A DNA stretch of 64,000 bases from an uncultured Planctomycetia bacterium (GTDB lineage: Bacteria; Omnitrophota; Gorgyraeia; 1-14-0-20-64-10), in assembly GCA_964597545.1 (NCBI GenBank), contig CAZQXN010000005.1, positions 12,647 to 76,646 on the forward strand, given 5' to 3'. The notes beneath the pieces were generated by a model. It had not been told where the DNA came from, did no database searches, and saw nothing but the letters and a program-made list of their open reading frames with translations. Made by a program: the position numbers and the translations under genes. Each line of letters starts with the position of its first letter. Within the stretch, counting starts at the first letter, position 1. Shown here piece by piece: positions 36,423 to 46,080 of this stretch.

Positions 36423-37359
36423 ACCGAACCCCCATCCGTTTGTCCCTCAGATGCGCCTGCCACGACTTTGGCAACAGGTCCCGCGCCAAGGAACCCGCTT
36501 GATCCCGAAACCAGGCTTGAGGGGAAAGGGCCAAAGCATGCTTCCAATCCCTCCAGGCCTCCGTCTTTCGCCCTGCCCGTCGCAAACAGCGCGCCCGGAA
36601 GAGATGATAATAGGAGAGGCTTCTGCGTAAAACAGCTGCCTCTGGAGCTGGAAAGTTGTCTTCGGCAAGGGCCGACTCAAAGACCTCAATGTACTCTTCG
36701 ACAGCCCTCAGGGAAAAGGAGTCCTGCGCCTCATGCCGGCGCAGCCCCACCAGGGGTTTCTGGAGATTCATCGCCCGAGTGCGCCGTAGCAGCTTCAAGA
36801 AGAGGGCCCGGTCCGAGGCAAAACGGTACGATTCGTTGTACCCACCGACACCTAGAACTGTCTCTCGATGGACCAAGATGCTCCCATGAATGATGCCGGA
36901 ACCCAACAGCTCCGCCCGCCAAATCGCCTCGTGCACTTGGGGCCGAAGGATGACCGACTCCTGGCGCGCGGGATCATCACGAAATTCCCAAATACCCGTA
37001 CCCACGCACCGCAAATCGGAATTTTCATCAACGGCACGCATCTGCTCTTCCAGACGTGTGGGCGCCGAGTAATCGTCGGCATCCATCCGGGCAATCCATG
37101 GAGTCACCGCATGGCGGAACCCCACGTTGAGCGCTGCCGTTTGACCGATGTTGCGCTCCAGGGGGAGAAGCTCCACCCGGGGATCGTTGATGCCGGCAAT
37201 GATGTCACGGGTGGAGTCGGTGGAGGCGTCATCTACAATCAAGAAACAGAAATCCCGATAGCTTTGATTCAAGATGCTCTCCATGGCGACCCTCAAAAAG
37301 GGGGCTCCATTGCGAACCGCCATCAACACCGTGAGCCCATCTCCGCTGGCCAAGCTCAT
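36409..37359 (-). CDS. GT2 glycosyltransferase
   Basis: VLMAVRNG, IVDDASTD, ARMDADD and GGYNE motifs. Confidence 0.92.
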   Translation of the reverse strand: MSLASGDGLTVLMAVRNGAPFLRVAMESILNQSYRDFCFLIVDDASTDSTRDIIAGINDPRVELLPLERNIGQTAALNVGFRHAVTPWIARMDADDYSAPTRLEEQMRAVDENSDLRCVGTGIWEFRDDPARQESVILRPQVHEAIWRAELLGSGIIHGSILVHRETVLGVGGYNESYRFASDRALFLKLLRRTRAMNLQKPLVGLRRHEAQDSFSLRAVEEYIEVFESALAEDNFPAPEAAVLRRSLSYYHLFRARCLRRAGRKTEAWRDWKHALALSPQAWFRDQAGSLARDLLPKSWQAHLRDKRMGVRYENA

Positions 37360-38276
37360 CCGCTCACCCCCATCGGCTGCGCGCAGCGTTCCTGAAGCGT
37401 CCGGGACCGGTCCCCCAGAAAACGTTTCAGCCCTAAATGCAAAGAGGGAATCTTATATCCGACGGCTTGCTCGAATCGGCTGGAATCCATGGAAAGCTCT
37501 TTGGCCCGCGGCGCCGGGTGCCCTCCCTCTTCCAATCTGCTGCGTTTGGCATGCGCCATGGAGAAACCAGCCAGTTTCGCCAGCTGGACACCGAAATCAT
37601 ACTTAGAGAGCAGATCCTTGCCTCCCAGATGGAACAGCCCCTGATGGTGTCCGTCCACGAGCCTCTGCACCCCCTCCACCAGATTCATCACGTAGATCGG
37701 CGCAAAGAACACATCCGCATACAACCGGATGGGCAGACCTTGCTCCAGAGAGCGATACAGCCACTCGGCAAAGGTCTTCTTTCTGCCGGAAGACCAACCA
37801 TAAAAGTTGCTTCGCACAATCAGATGGTTTTTGACGCACTGCTCCACCGCCTGCTCCCCTTTGCGCTTGGAGAGACCATACACGGTACGGGGCACCGGAA
37901 TAGATTCCTCGGTCGCCCAAGGCGTGTCACCGTGCAGCACCGCATCGGTTGAGATGTAGACAAACCGGGCATGGGGATTCAGTCGCTTGGCCAAAGTTTC
38001 CGTGGCATCGGCATTGACCGCATAGGCCATGCGATCGTTCTTTTCGCAGGCATCCACATCGGTTATGGCTGCACAGTGAATGAGGAGCTCCGGCGCAAAA
38101 TCACCCATCACGCGATCCAAGAATTTGGAGTCTGTGAGATCTCCGCAACTGCTTCGAATCGGCAGCTTGCCCCAGGAGGGGTTGCGATCTATCCCCATCA
38201 CTTCATGCGTGTTGCCAAAGGCCGATGCCAGGTGAGCACCCAGCAGACCACCAACCCCAGTGATTAAAACGCGCAT
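37356..38276 (-). CDS. RmlD-like NDP-4-keto-sugar reductase
   Basis: MRVLITGVGGLLG, HCAAITDVDACE, ISTDAV and YGLSK motifs. Start moved to ATG 38276, 4 nt after the small-ORF stop. Confidence 0.88.
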   Translation of the reverse strand: MRVLITGVGGLLGAHLASAFGNTHEVMGIDRNPSWGKLPIRSSCGDLTDSKFLDRVMGDFAPELLIHCAAITDVDACEKNDRMAYAVNADATETLAKRLNPHARFVYISTDAVLHGDTPWATEESIPVPRTVYGLSKRKGEQAVEQCVKNHLIVRSNFYGWSSGRKKTFAEWLYRSLEQGLPIRLYADVFFAPIYVMNLVEGVQRLVDGHHQGLFHLGGKDLLSKYDFGVQLAKLAGFSMAHAKRSRLEEGGHPAPRAKELSMDSSRFEQAVGYKIPSLHLGLKRFLGDRSRTLQERCAQPMGVSG

Positions 38277-38280
38277 CGGA

Positions 38281-38406
38281 TCACCATGTTGGGTACAGAT
38301 CCCGGGGAGGCTGTTTCCTTCCCCCACCAGACCCCCTCCGGCCTCGACGCCTCAACAACAACAGCGGCGAGGAGAGGATCTTCAAGCACCAGTAAAAGAA
38401 ACGCAT
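38281..38406 (-). CDS. Small (41 aa) hypothetical protein
   Basis: MRFFYWCLKILSSPLLLLRRRGRRGSGGGRKQPPRDLYPTW. Starts by TGATG overlap with the upstream stop and ends 4 nt before the next ATG; below the ORF-track cutoff. Confidence 0.62.
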   Translation of the reverse strand: MRFFYWCLKILSSPLLLLRRRGRRGSGGGRKQPPRDLYPTW

Positions 38407-39443
38407 CAGAGCGAAAACTCCTTTCGAATCAGCTCAGCCGCCAAGGCAAATCCCGCGTCGGTCAGGTGGATGCGGTCAACAAACAACCACTGGGGCTGTT
38501 TGAAGGGATCCGAACCGTTCAAATCCAGGAAAGGAACCTCAAATTGATCGCAGAGCCGCTTTGCATCCGCCTGGAATTGATCTTTCCTTTGAGCCAAAAA
38601 AGAGAACAGTGTTTTGTTATACTCTGTACCGATCTGATTGAGGCAGCCAAACAGCTCCTCCTCCTCGGGCACCAACGCCTTGTTGAGCCAAGGGATGGCC
38701 GGCTGCAGAACAAAATAAAGTTTAAACCCAAGACTCTTCTGCAGCAGTGCCCATATGCGCAGGTCCCGCTCCATGCAAGCAAGCCCATCATCATAACGTT
38801 CCTCTGAGCTTCGGCTGGGGGAATCCGACTTACCGGGGACGAACTTCTGCGCGACCTCCTGGGCAAACTGCTGAAACGATCCTCGAACCCCTGTCATCTT
38901 GCCGCGCTTCAAACCCTGCTCAAAGATGGACTGGTAGTAGAAGGCGTTATAGACGGGCGAGGCACTCCCAGCCAGATGGGAGAGGACCAGGTGGTTGATG
39001 CCGGTAAACAACACCACCTGCGCCACATCCTTTGGCAAGTGAAGCAGAAAGATAATGACTTCCTGAGTCGAATTGAACGCTCGCCCTGAAAAATTAAACC
39101 ATGCCGTTGAACCTTTACGGTTCAACTGGCTCGCCAGGGTTGCTCCATCCGAGGAGGCCCCTATGCCAAAAGCAGAACTTGAACCCACCAGGGCTCCCCG
39201 CGGATGATCTCCTTCGTTATATGTCTTCAGGGTAAGGGGCTGGTCCTGCCAAAGGGTGCCGCGGAACCCGTGCTCATCTGTGGTGAATGAAGGGGTCTTC
39301 TGGTTCGGCTGGTGGAAGAACATGACATAGGGCAGCCACCGCTTCTCATCGAGTGCATCGTAATCTCGCATCTGAGGGACCAGGGCATAGCGACGTCCCC
39401 TTGGGGTCGCAAGAGAGGCTTCTGTCCCCATCGCAAGGCTCAT
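38406..39443 (-). CDS. SGNH-like protein resembling the IopA (inducer of phenazine A) family
   Basis: LVPQMRDYD...WLPYVMFFH...TDEHGFR N-terminus (recalled similarity); LVGSSSAFG, RAFNSTQE, GINH and FVDRIHLTDAG motifs. Confidence 0.6.
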   Translation of the reverse strand: MSLAMGTEASLATPRGRRYALVPQMRDYDALDEKRWLPYVMFFHQPNQKTPSFTTDEHGFRGTLWQDQPLTLKTYNEGDHPRGALVGSSSAFGIGASSDGATLASQLNRKGSTAWFNFSGRAFNSTQEVIIFLLHLPKDVAQVVLFTGINHLVLSHLAGSASPVYNAFYYQSIFEQGLKRGKMTGVRGSFQQFAQEVAQKFVPGKSDSPSRSSEERYDDGLACMERDLRIWALLQKSLGFKLYFVLQPAIPWLNKALVPEEEELFGCLNQIGTEYNKTLFSFLAQRKDQFQADAKRLCDQFEVPFLDLNGSDPFKQPQWLFVDRIHLTDAGFALAAELIRKEFSL

Positions 39444-41233
39444 CCTACCCTCCCCTGTCCCGCTGCGGCCAGCTGCGCGTAACGCCCCTGGCGCTCCATG
39501 AGGTCTGCGTGGGAACCGGCTTCTACAATCCGTCCTTGATCCAGAACCAATATCAGGTCCGCGCGCTGGACCGTAGAGAGCCGGTGGGCAATGATCAAAA
39601 CGGTTCTTTCGCGAGAAAGCCGCTCAATGGCATCCTGAATCAACCGTTCAGACTCAGAGTCCAAGGAACTCGTCGCCTCGTCAAAGATTAGAATCTCCGG
39701 CTCTTCGAGGATTGCCCGGGCAATGGCGATCCGCTGCTGCTGCCCCCCTGAAAGCTTCATCCCCCGCTCCCCCACCACCGTCTCATACCCTTTCGGGAGC
39801 TGCCGGATGAAGGGATCGGCGTTGGCGGTCACGGCAGCCTTGCGGATTTGCTCCGAGCTAATCCCTCCGCGCCCAAACCGTATGTTCTCAGCCACCGTCT
39901 CATGAAAAACAAACCCATCCTGACTGACAAAGCCGATGCGCCTCCTCCAGCTTGCCAGATCCAATTGTGTCAACGCTACACCATCCACCAGAATGCGTCC
40001 GGCACTGGGCTGCAGCAGTCCCAGCACCAAGTGGGCCAGCGTGCTTTTGCCGCTTCCGGAAGGCCCCACCACGGCGGTCACCCTGCCCTGCGCAAGACCA
40101 AAGGAAAGCTCATGAAATAGCTGCGGGCGGCCCGAATAGCCAAAGCTCATTTTGTCGAAAAGAATCTCTCCTCGAAGAGATTTTGCCGGTTGGTCCCCTC
40201 CCTTTGCAGCCAAGTCCGGTTGCGCCAGAGCCTGCTCCACCAGCTGCGCATCCCCCAGCAGCCCCACCACCTCCATTCGCAGCTGTCCCATCAGCGTGAG
40301 AGAAGGCAGCAATTTCAACAACCCCAGCGTCAACATTCCCACCAGCGGTAGGGACTCCACCAAAAGCTCTGGTTGGAGAAACCGAAAGAGCAGCAGGAAC
40401 CCGAACACGAAAAAGACCACTGAAAACTCCAGGAGAACCTTCGGAACGGAGAGCCAGAAGGCATCCTTGGTGTATAAGTTGCGGAAAATCCGGCTCTGCT
40501 CAACGAAGCGCTTGAGCCACAGCGACTGTGTCCCGAAAGCCAGAATCTGTCGAATGCCGCTGAAAAACTCGCTGGCGACAGAGGTTTGGGCGGCGCCGGC
40601 TGCCACCCGCCCCTTTCCCGTGTGATAAGAGATTCTCTGGGAGAGTAGGTGGGTCAAACCGTGATACCCCCAGGTGACAACACCCAAGCCCACCGTGACC
40701 CAGGGCATGGTAAGAAACAACAAGCCCACAATAGCGGTAACCTTTAGCCCCTCCGCGACCAACTGCGCAATCTTCTGCGCCAAAACACCGGCCCGGTTGG
40801 CAGCATTGGAAACGCTGTAGATGAGCTCCCCCTGCTTCTTCTCCAGGAAGAAGAGAAATGACGAGGCGGCGTATGAGCGCATGAGGCGTGTTTTAAGATC
40901 ATGCTGCACCGTGCCGCTGGCATACCCCACCAACGCATCTCGACTCAGCATAGCCAGACACTTGAGGAAGGTGACCGACAAGAGCAGGGCAATGGCGGCA
41001 ACGATCGGATCTGCCAACGGGATCATCTTGACCAAACGAGTCAACAGTGCCAGGAACCCCTGCTGGGTAGCGCTCCCACCGCCCTGATCGAGCAGCGCCT
41101 GAAACACCGGAAAGAAAACAGCGATGCCAAAGCTCTCCAGGACCGAAGCGACCAGGGCCACCCCCAGGATGGCTAAGAGAAGCTTGCGATAGGGACCAAA
41201 AAGTACCCGGAATAACTTAAAAAATTTAAACAT
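39440..41233 (-). CDS. ABC exporter, fused permease/ATPase (MsbA/PglK-like)
   Basis: Start moved to ATG 41233 (ATGTTTAA overlap). GPSGSGKST, LSGGQQQR, IFDEATSSLD and IAHRLST motifs. Confidence 0.92.
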   Translation of the reverse strand: MFKFFKLFRVLFGPYRKLLLAILGVALVASVLESFGIAVFFPVFQALLDQGGGSATQQGFLALLTRLVKMIPLADPIVAAIALLLSVTFLKCLAMLSRDALVGYASGTVQHDLKTRLMRSYAASSFLFFLEKKQGELIYSVSNAANRAGVLAQKIAQLVAEGLKVTAIVGLLFLTMPWVTVGLGVVTWGYHGLTHLLSQRISYHTGKGRVAAGAAQTSVASEFFSGIRQILAFGTQSLWLKRFVEQSRIFRNLYTKDAFWLSVPKVLLEFSVVFFVFGFLLLFRFLQPELLVESLPLVGMLTLGLLKLLPSLTLMGQLRMEVVGLLGDAQLVEQALAQPDLAAKGGDQPAKSLRGEILFDKMSFGYSGRPQLFHELSFGLAQGRVTAVVGPSGSGKSTLAHLVLGLLQPSAGRILVDGVALTQLDLASWRRRIGFVSQDGFVFHETVAENIRFGRGGISSEQIRKAAVTANADPFIRQLPKGYETVVGERGMKLSGGQQQRIAIARAILEEPEILIFDEATSSLDSESERLIQDAIERLSRERTVLIIAHRLSTVQRADLILVLDQGRIVEAGSHADLMERQGRYAQLAAAGQGRVG

Positions 41234-43349
41234 GGATGGTATCCTTCTCCAGCACCTCAGCAGAGTGGGCTGGCTCGGAAGGGATATTTGCGAATTCACC
41301 ATCCGGCGACACCGGTAAAATGCCATCGACCGCGGCAATCTGTTCGGTTCCCCATTTCTGGGTGTACCGACGAGCAGCCTCCCGCAGAGCCTCTTCCCGG
41401 CTCTGCCCGCCAACCAAGGCATCACGAAGCCATGTGAGATAACGCTGAATGCGCTCGGAGGTCCCACCATCGCGCAAAACCACCAAATCATTCAGGATCG
41501 CTTCCCACCTGCCTATCCGGTTCGCGTCTTGCGGGTGGGTTCTGCAGCGCTCAACGGCCTGCCAGAGGCTTTCCCAATCATCGAAGAGAACCTCTCCTTT
41601 CGGCAAGCGGTTGAGGAGCTCCACGGAAAAACCCTGCGTTAGCAAGAGTGTCGGTTTCCCTACCAGGCTGCTTTCCAACGCAGCGGTTCCTCCGATCATC
41701 AGCCCCACGGTGAGATCCGCCGCAGCAGATGCAACCATGGGCAGAGGACGAGTATCTCGGGAATCACTTCCAAGCAAAATACATCGGCCGCTGTCCATCC
41801 ATTGTTTTAAATCGTTCCACACCGGGCCAAGCCGCCCAGGCAGTGTGTTCGGAAACTGCGGCTTCAAAAGCAATCCCAGCTTCGGATCGTCCCGAAGGCG
41901 CTCGCACAAAAATTGGTAATCGGCCCGCAGCTGACGACGACCTCCGAGGGTCTTGAGGTTAACACCGAAAGCTTCGTCCAGAAAACAGACCCAGAAACTC
42001 GCCCGGGGAAGGCAGAGCTTTCGCCGCAGGCGCAGCCCGGTTCGGCGAGCTGCCTTAAGCGCATCATCCATCAGATAACCGGCCGTTACAAACTGAGGGA
42101 TCCGGGAACCGGAAGCCCGCTCTGACTCTGCCCGGTTGGGGGCAAAGGCGAAGTGCACGTCTACGGCGGTTCTACGTAGTATTCTCGGCTCGCATTCAAT
42201 AGAGCGCTGAATGCTGACCGAAATCCCTCCCACCGCCTCCTGGGCGCAGTGGAGCGCTTCGCTTTCTGGAAAATGGTCTGCGGTAGAAACGTGCATTCGA
42301 ACTCCGGTCGCCTCAAAGAAGCGGCGCCACCGGTCGAAGTGCCGGTAGAAATCATAGGATGCCCCTTCCAGATAACGTTCAACAGCCGCTTGATGCCTTG
42401 CGTGGCCGAACAAACCAGCCCACAGGCCCTTGAAGGAAGGTTCAAAGAATCCGCCTGAATACATCAGATGTCTCAGTTCGCTCTTTCCGACAACCTCAAT
42501 CCCTGCTGCCGCTAATTGGCGCCGCCGGTCTGAATCTGGTTGGTCTTGGGGGTGCATACAATAAGCCATTACGGTGCCCTCAGGCCAAACCGAACGCCGG
42601 TACCAGAAAAAGTCTGTGCTGAAACGCTTCTTTCTTGATGTCCCGCGCAGGTACACCTCAACGGCCACTCGAACCGCATGCGGACGCTGAGAAAAACGCC
42701 GAAGGAGCCTCTTGGCGCGAAAAACTGACCAGAACCGATACCCGAAAATGACCAAGGCCTGGAACGCTTTTTTCCAGAAGCGGTTTTTTGCTGGAATCGG
42801 TTCCAGGTGTATGCCCCATCGCTGCGCATACCGAGACTGCAGCTCAAAGAGATCATCCTGAGGGACAACCAGAGTGCCCTGTCCGGTCTCGCTGGGATTT
42901 CTCTGGAGAGCCCAGGCAACAACCAAAATCGATCGGAGGCGCTCGGTCAGCTCCAGGTAAGCCTGCTTTGAGGCAAAGGCGTGCAGATAAAACAGGTGCG
43001 AACGGCTCCGCACCAAACGGGCCAACGCCTTCCAGTAGCGAGGATCCGACTCCCAGTATCGGAGTTGAGGCTCCGGACCACCTACGTAGAACTCTTCCAG
43101 CGATGAGGTGACGCCTGGCAGGCGGACATCATCGAAGAAATCGTACTCCAGCTCACGGATGGTTCCCCTCCAGCCCAGAGGGCGCAGGCATTTCACCAAG
43201 AAGCGGGCTGTGGGGCTTACTTCGTAGATCACCCACAACAGCTGGGTGTGCCCCAGGGGGGCGCGGCGCAAAATCCTGCACAGCACCCAACGCAGGAACA
43301 GAGCGCCTCCCAAGCGCTCCACAAAGACAAACGCTGCTGTCCCGCTCAC
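41226..43349 (-). CDS. Hypothetical surface-carbohydrate biosynthesis protein, GT-B-like C-terminus
   Basis: 707 aa, GTG start with GGAGG RBS. STDFFW, SIQRS, GYLMD, CFLDE, LLLKPQ and ADLTVG...TAALESSLVGKP motifs. Confidence 0.62.
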   Translation of the reverse strand: MSGTAAFVFVERLGGALFLRWVLCRILRRAPLGHTQLLWVIYEVSPTARFLVKCLRPLGWRGTIRELEYDFFDDVRLPGVTSSLEEFYVGGPEPQLRYWESDPRYWKALARLVRSRSHLFYLHAFASKQAYLELTERLRSILVVAWALQRNPSETGQGTLVVPQDDLFELQSRYAQRWGIHLEPIPAKNRFWKKAFQALVIFGYRFWSVFRAKRLLRRFSQRPHAVRVAVEVYLRGTSRKKRFSTDFFWYRRSVWPEGTVMAYCMHPQDQPDSDRRRQLAAAGIEVVGKSELRHLMYSGGFFEPSFKGLWAGLFGHARHQAAVERYLEGASYDFYRHFDRWRRFFEATGVRMHVSTADHFPESEALHCAQEAVGGISVSIQRSIECEPRILRRTAVDVHFAFAPNRAESERASGSRIPQFVTAGYLMDDALKAARRTGLRLRRKLCLPRASFWVCFLDEAFGVNLKTLGGRRQLRADYQFLCERLRDDPKLGLLLKPQFPNTLPGRLGPVWNDLKQWMDSGRCILLGSDSRDTRPLPMVASAAADLTVGLMIGGTAALESSLVGKPTLLLTQGFSVELLNRLPKGEVLFDDWESLWQAVERCRTHPQDANRIGRWEAILNDLVVLRDGGTSERIQRYLTWLRDALVGGQSREEALREAARRYTQKWGTEQIAAVDGILPVSPDGEFANIPSEPAHSAEVLEKDTIHV

Positions 43350-43368
43350 CCGTTGACCTCCTGCCTGA

Positions 43369-43446
43369 TCACTCTAAGTTCTTCCGGGTGAAATAAGCGG
43401 GGGCATCATCTCCGACCCAACGGGATCCAACCTGAAACTTAGACAT
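43369..43446 (-). pseudogene. 25-codon remnant of a NeuB/SpsE-family gene (in-frame internal deletion)
   Basis: MSKFQVGSRWVGDDAPAYFTRKNLE. The first 19 aa match the NeuB N-terminus (compare pseI MMQTIQIGKRQVGMGAACFVIAE). The ATG overlaps the GT4 stop (ATGTCTAA). Confidence 0.7.
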
Positions 43447-44560
43447 GAGTACTCACAACCCTTTCATAGCCGTCCAAAAGGCGCTTGAAGTTCTTGCTGA
43501 AATTGGCGCGCTCGCTCACCAACCTTCGATTCGCCTGCCCCATCTGATGACAGCGCTCCGGCTCATCCAATGCCTCAAGGAGGACAGCGGATAGCTCCTC
43601 AACATCCCCTGAGGGATAGCGCCATCCGTTAACACCCGGCTCAACCCATTCCTGATTTCCGTATGCATCCGGTACAGCGACGGCCAAACCGCTCGCCATC
43701 GCCTCCAAGAGGCTGACGGAGGTCCCGTCGCATCGAGTGGTGCTGACGTAGAGATCCGATCCCTGAAAATAAACCGGAACCTCCCTCTCGGGAACCCTGC
43801 CCGGCAAATGGACCCACTCTGAGATGGCCTGCTTTTGAATGAACGCTTCGATCTGGCCGCGGAGAGAGCCGTCTCCGAGCATCAGAAAGCGAACATCCTT
43901 CCTTGTTTCTAGAACGCGCCGCGCCGCCTCCAGGAAGAGCTCGGTGCCGCGGCCAGGCTCCATAGAACGGGCGCTGACAACAATCCTGCAACCGCTCCAG
44001 AAAGGTTTCTTGGGGTTTCTTGTCTCCGGAAAACGATCCAGCTCCACGCCAAAGGGAAGCAGGATAATCTGCTCCGAGCGGACCGCAGTCAAGGAAAGGA
44101 TCCGCTTGCGTACTGTTTCGCAATCTGCGACGACCCGCTGGGCCCTGGAAAGGGTCCACGAGACGATCCAGCGAATCCAGCGAGCCCGTTCCGCAACCAA
44201 CAGCACATCCGAACCCCAAGACATCAGGACCAGCGGTCGAGCCCCCGCCAGAGCGGCATAGAATCCTCCCGTCTGGATGGGGCCGGCATGGACAATGTCC
44301 GGCCGAAGCTTCCGAAGGTACCGGCGCAGGCGAAGAACGGCCACAGCGGCGCTTAAAACGGTCGTCCGGCCCGGCCGGCGCTTGAGCGGCGGCAGTCGCT
44401 TCACCCCTTCCGGTAGGGAGCGGCTCTCCAGTGGATGCGGGTCCCAAGCGCAGGAAAGAAACCAAACCTCGTAAGAGGCCCTGCTCAATCGATCCAGAAA
44501 CCGCCTGTCGTGCGTGCTGTACCCTTGAGAAATGTAAAGAATCCGCCTCTTGGTGCGCAT
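43439..44560 (-). CDS. GT4 glycosyltransferase
   Basis: PDIVHA, SWGSD, FGVE, SAR and DLYVSTTRCDGTSVSLLEAMASG motifs. Confidence 0.92.
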   Translation of the reverse strand: MRTKRRILYISQGYSTHDRRFLDRLSRASYEVWFLSCAWDPHPLESRSLPEGVKRLPPLKRRPGRTTVLSAAVAVLRLRRYLRKLRPDIVHAGPIQTGGFYAALAGARPLVLMSWGSDVLLVAERARWIRWIVSWTLSRAQRVVADCETVRKRILSLTAVRSEQIILLPFGVELDRFPETRNPKKPFWSGCRIVVSARSMEPGRGTELFLEAARRVLETRKDVRFLMLGDGSLRGQIEAFIQKQAISEWVHLPGRVPEREVPVYFQGSDLYVSTTRCDGTSVSLLEAMASGLAVAVPDAYGNQEWVEPGVNGWRYPSGDVEELSAVLLEALDEPERCHQMGQANRRLVSERANFSKNFKRLLDGYERVVSTHV

Positions 44561-46080
44561 CAGAAACCCACCCTCTTGCCGCTACGAAAACCGTTTGGAT
44601 AGACGGCCTCGTAATCCAGAAGAAAGGTTCCCCGGCGAGGGACAACCTGCTCTTCCAATCGATACGTATCGGGGTTGTAGACTTGAAAAACCCACGCGGC
44701 GCCCCGCCGAGTAATGGGAGAACGAACCACATGCGTCGGCCTCTTCTCCCCTGCAACCAGATGGACCAAATAGGGAAAACCTCGGCCCAGAAGAGCTTCC
44801 ACGCCCCAATAGGTGTCCAGTTGATCGTTGGAGTTTTGAACCCAAGTGTATGGAATCTGTCTGGAGAAACTCGCCTGATCGATCAACACCCGTTCAGAAC
44901 GAAGGAGTGCCTCTTTGGATGCGGTGAGGGTATCGCAAATGGCCCGATTGATCCGGCAAGCCACCACTTGGTTCCAGGCCGTTCCCTGAGAGACCACAAG
45001 CCCCAGGAATAACGCAGCACTCACAGCAAGCACGCGAAATCTCCCAAGCAGAGGAATCGCTGCAGCAATCAAGAGGACAAAACCAATGGATGACATCCCG
45101 GTATGCCGCCCTAGAATGCCCCATGTCAGAAAGACCGGAGCAACCAAAAGGATGAAGATGGCGGCAGCCAGCCCAAGGGTTGGGGCTGGAACCTTTGGGA
45201 AAGAGGTTCGCTTCAACCAGCGCCAGAGGCCCGCGGCAAAGAGAGCGTTGGCTGCCACCAGCAAGAAGATCCACGGCGCCTCGATGGTTGGAAAGCGGTA
45301 CAGCCCATAGAGAATCCACTTGGCCATCTGCCGGCCGAGGTAAAGCTGGGGAAGCATACTAAAAATGTTGGGTAGAACTCTCACCAGTTGGACATCGGGG
45401 GCTTTTGAATCTGACGCAACCCACCCAAAAACATCAAACCGAAGCAGGAGGTAAGCGGCAACAGGTATGAGAAAAAGAAGGCACGCCTTGGCGCTGCGGC
45501 GCTCTTTCAACCAGGCATAGAGGAGCAAAACCAGCGGCAGGAAGAACCCAAGCTCATACATGAAAAGGGCTGTTGTATAGCAGAGAAATGAGCCAGCCAG
45601 ATGGCCCCACCGTTTCCTCTGAGTGTAGAGAATAAAGAGGATAAGACTTGCCACATAAAGGGTAAAGACCACATTCAGGTAGGTATAGGTGAGGGTATGG
45701 TAGAGTGCCAGTTTATTGGGCAAAAGAAGATAAAACAGTGCGCACAAAAAGGCCCACCCCCGCCGTTCCAGCAGGAGATTCAGCAACAGATAAACCGCCC
45801 AGAGCAACGCTGTGCTGGAGAGAAAGACCAGGCTGACCGCAAACAACGGCTTCTCGGCTGCGAGAACATCCAGGGCATAATGAAAGATCAGGAGGGGGCG
45901 GTCAGGGGTGGACAAAATCTCCTGCCACAAGAAGAGCATGGTGTTCTCTTGGTTGAGGATGGCGAGCCATCGAGCCACATCATCCAAAGAGAGAAAGACC
46001 CGTTCAAATGGAATAAAATGAGCCAATCCATTGACCGCCAGAAGAACCATCAGGGGGAGCAGGTGTCGCTTCATGCTCAT
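44560..46080 (-). CDS. Multi-pass membrane protein, GT-C-like (GtrII/ArnT-like)
   Basis: About 11 TM; LSLDD in the first loop, PDRPL and MYE motifs; soluble C-terminal domain. Confidence 0.62.
   Translation of the reverse strand: MSMKRHLLPLMVLLAVNGLAHFIPFERVFLSLDDVARWLAILNQENTMLFLWQEILSTPDRPLLIFHYALDVLAAEKPLFAVSLVFLSSTALLWAVYLLLNLLLERRGWAFLCALFYLLLPNKLALYHTLTYTYLNVVFTLYVASLILFILYTQRKRWGHLAGSFLCYTTALFMYELGFFLPLVLLLYAWLKERRSAKACLLFLIPVAAYLLLRFDVFGWVASDSKAPDVQLVRVLPNIFSMLPQLYLGRQMAKWILYGLYRFPTIEAPWIFLLVAANALFAAGLWRWLKRTSFPKVPAPTLGLAAAIFILLVAPVFLTWGILGRHTGMSSIGFVLLIAAAIPLLGRFRVLAVSAALFLGLVVSQGTAWNQVVACRINRAICDTLTASKEALLRSERVLIDQASFSRQIPYTWVQNSNDQLDTYWGVEALLGRGFPYLVHLVAGEKRPTHVVRSPITRRGAAWVFQVYNPDTYRLEEQVVPRRGTFLLDYEAVYPNGFRSGKRVGF

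Noticed and set aside
38340-38372. Weak hairpin CCTCG...CGAGG as a terminator
   Set aside because: Mismatched stem, no U-tract, and it lies inside the 41-aa ORF
39440-41491. Long N-terminal extensions in the ORF track (also at 4877, 6198, 14182, 17328, 19782, 24813, 54861, 55841)
   Set aside because: They overlap upstream genes; downstream starts have an RBS, a stop-start overlap or a family-typical N-terminus
43641-44756. 371-aa same-strand alternative-frame ORF
   Set aside because: Arg/Gly/Ala-rich with no motifs, and it overlaps a clear GT4 gene; an off-frame artefact
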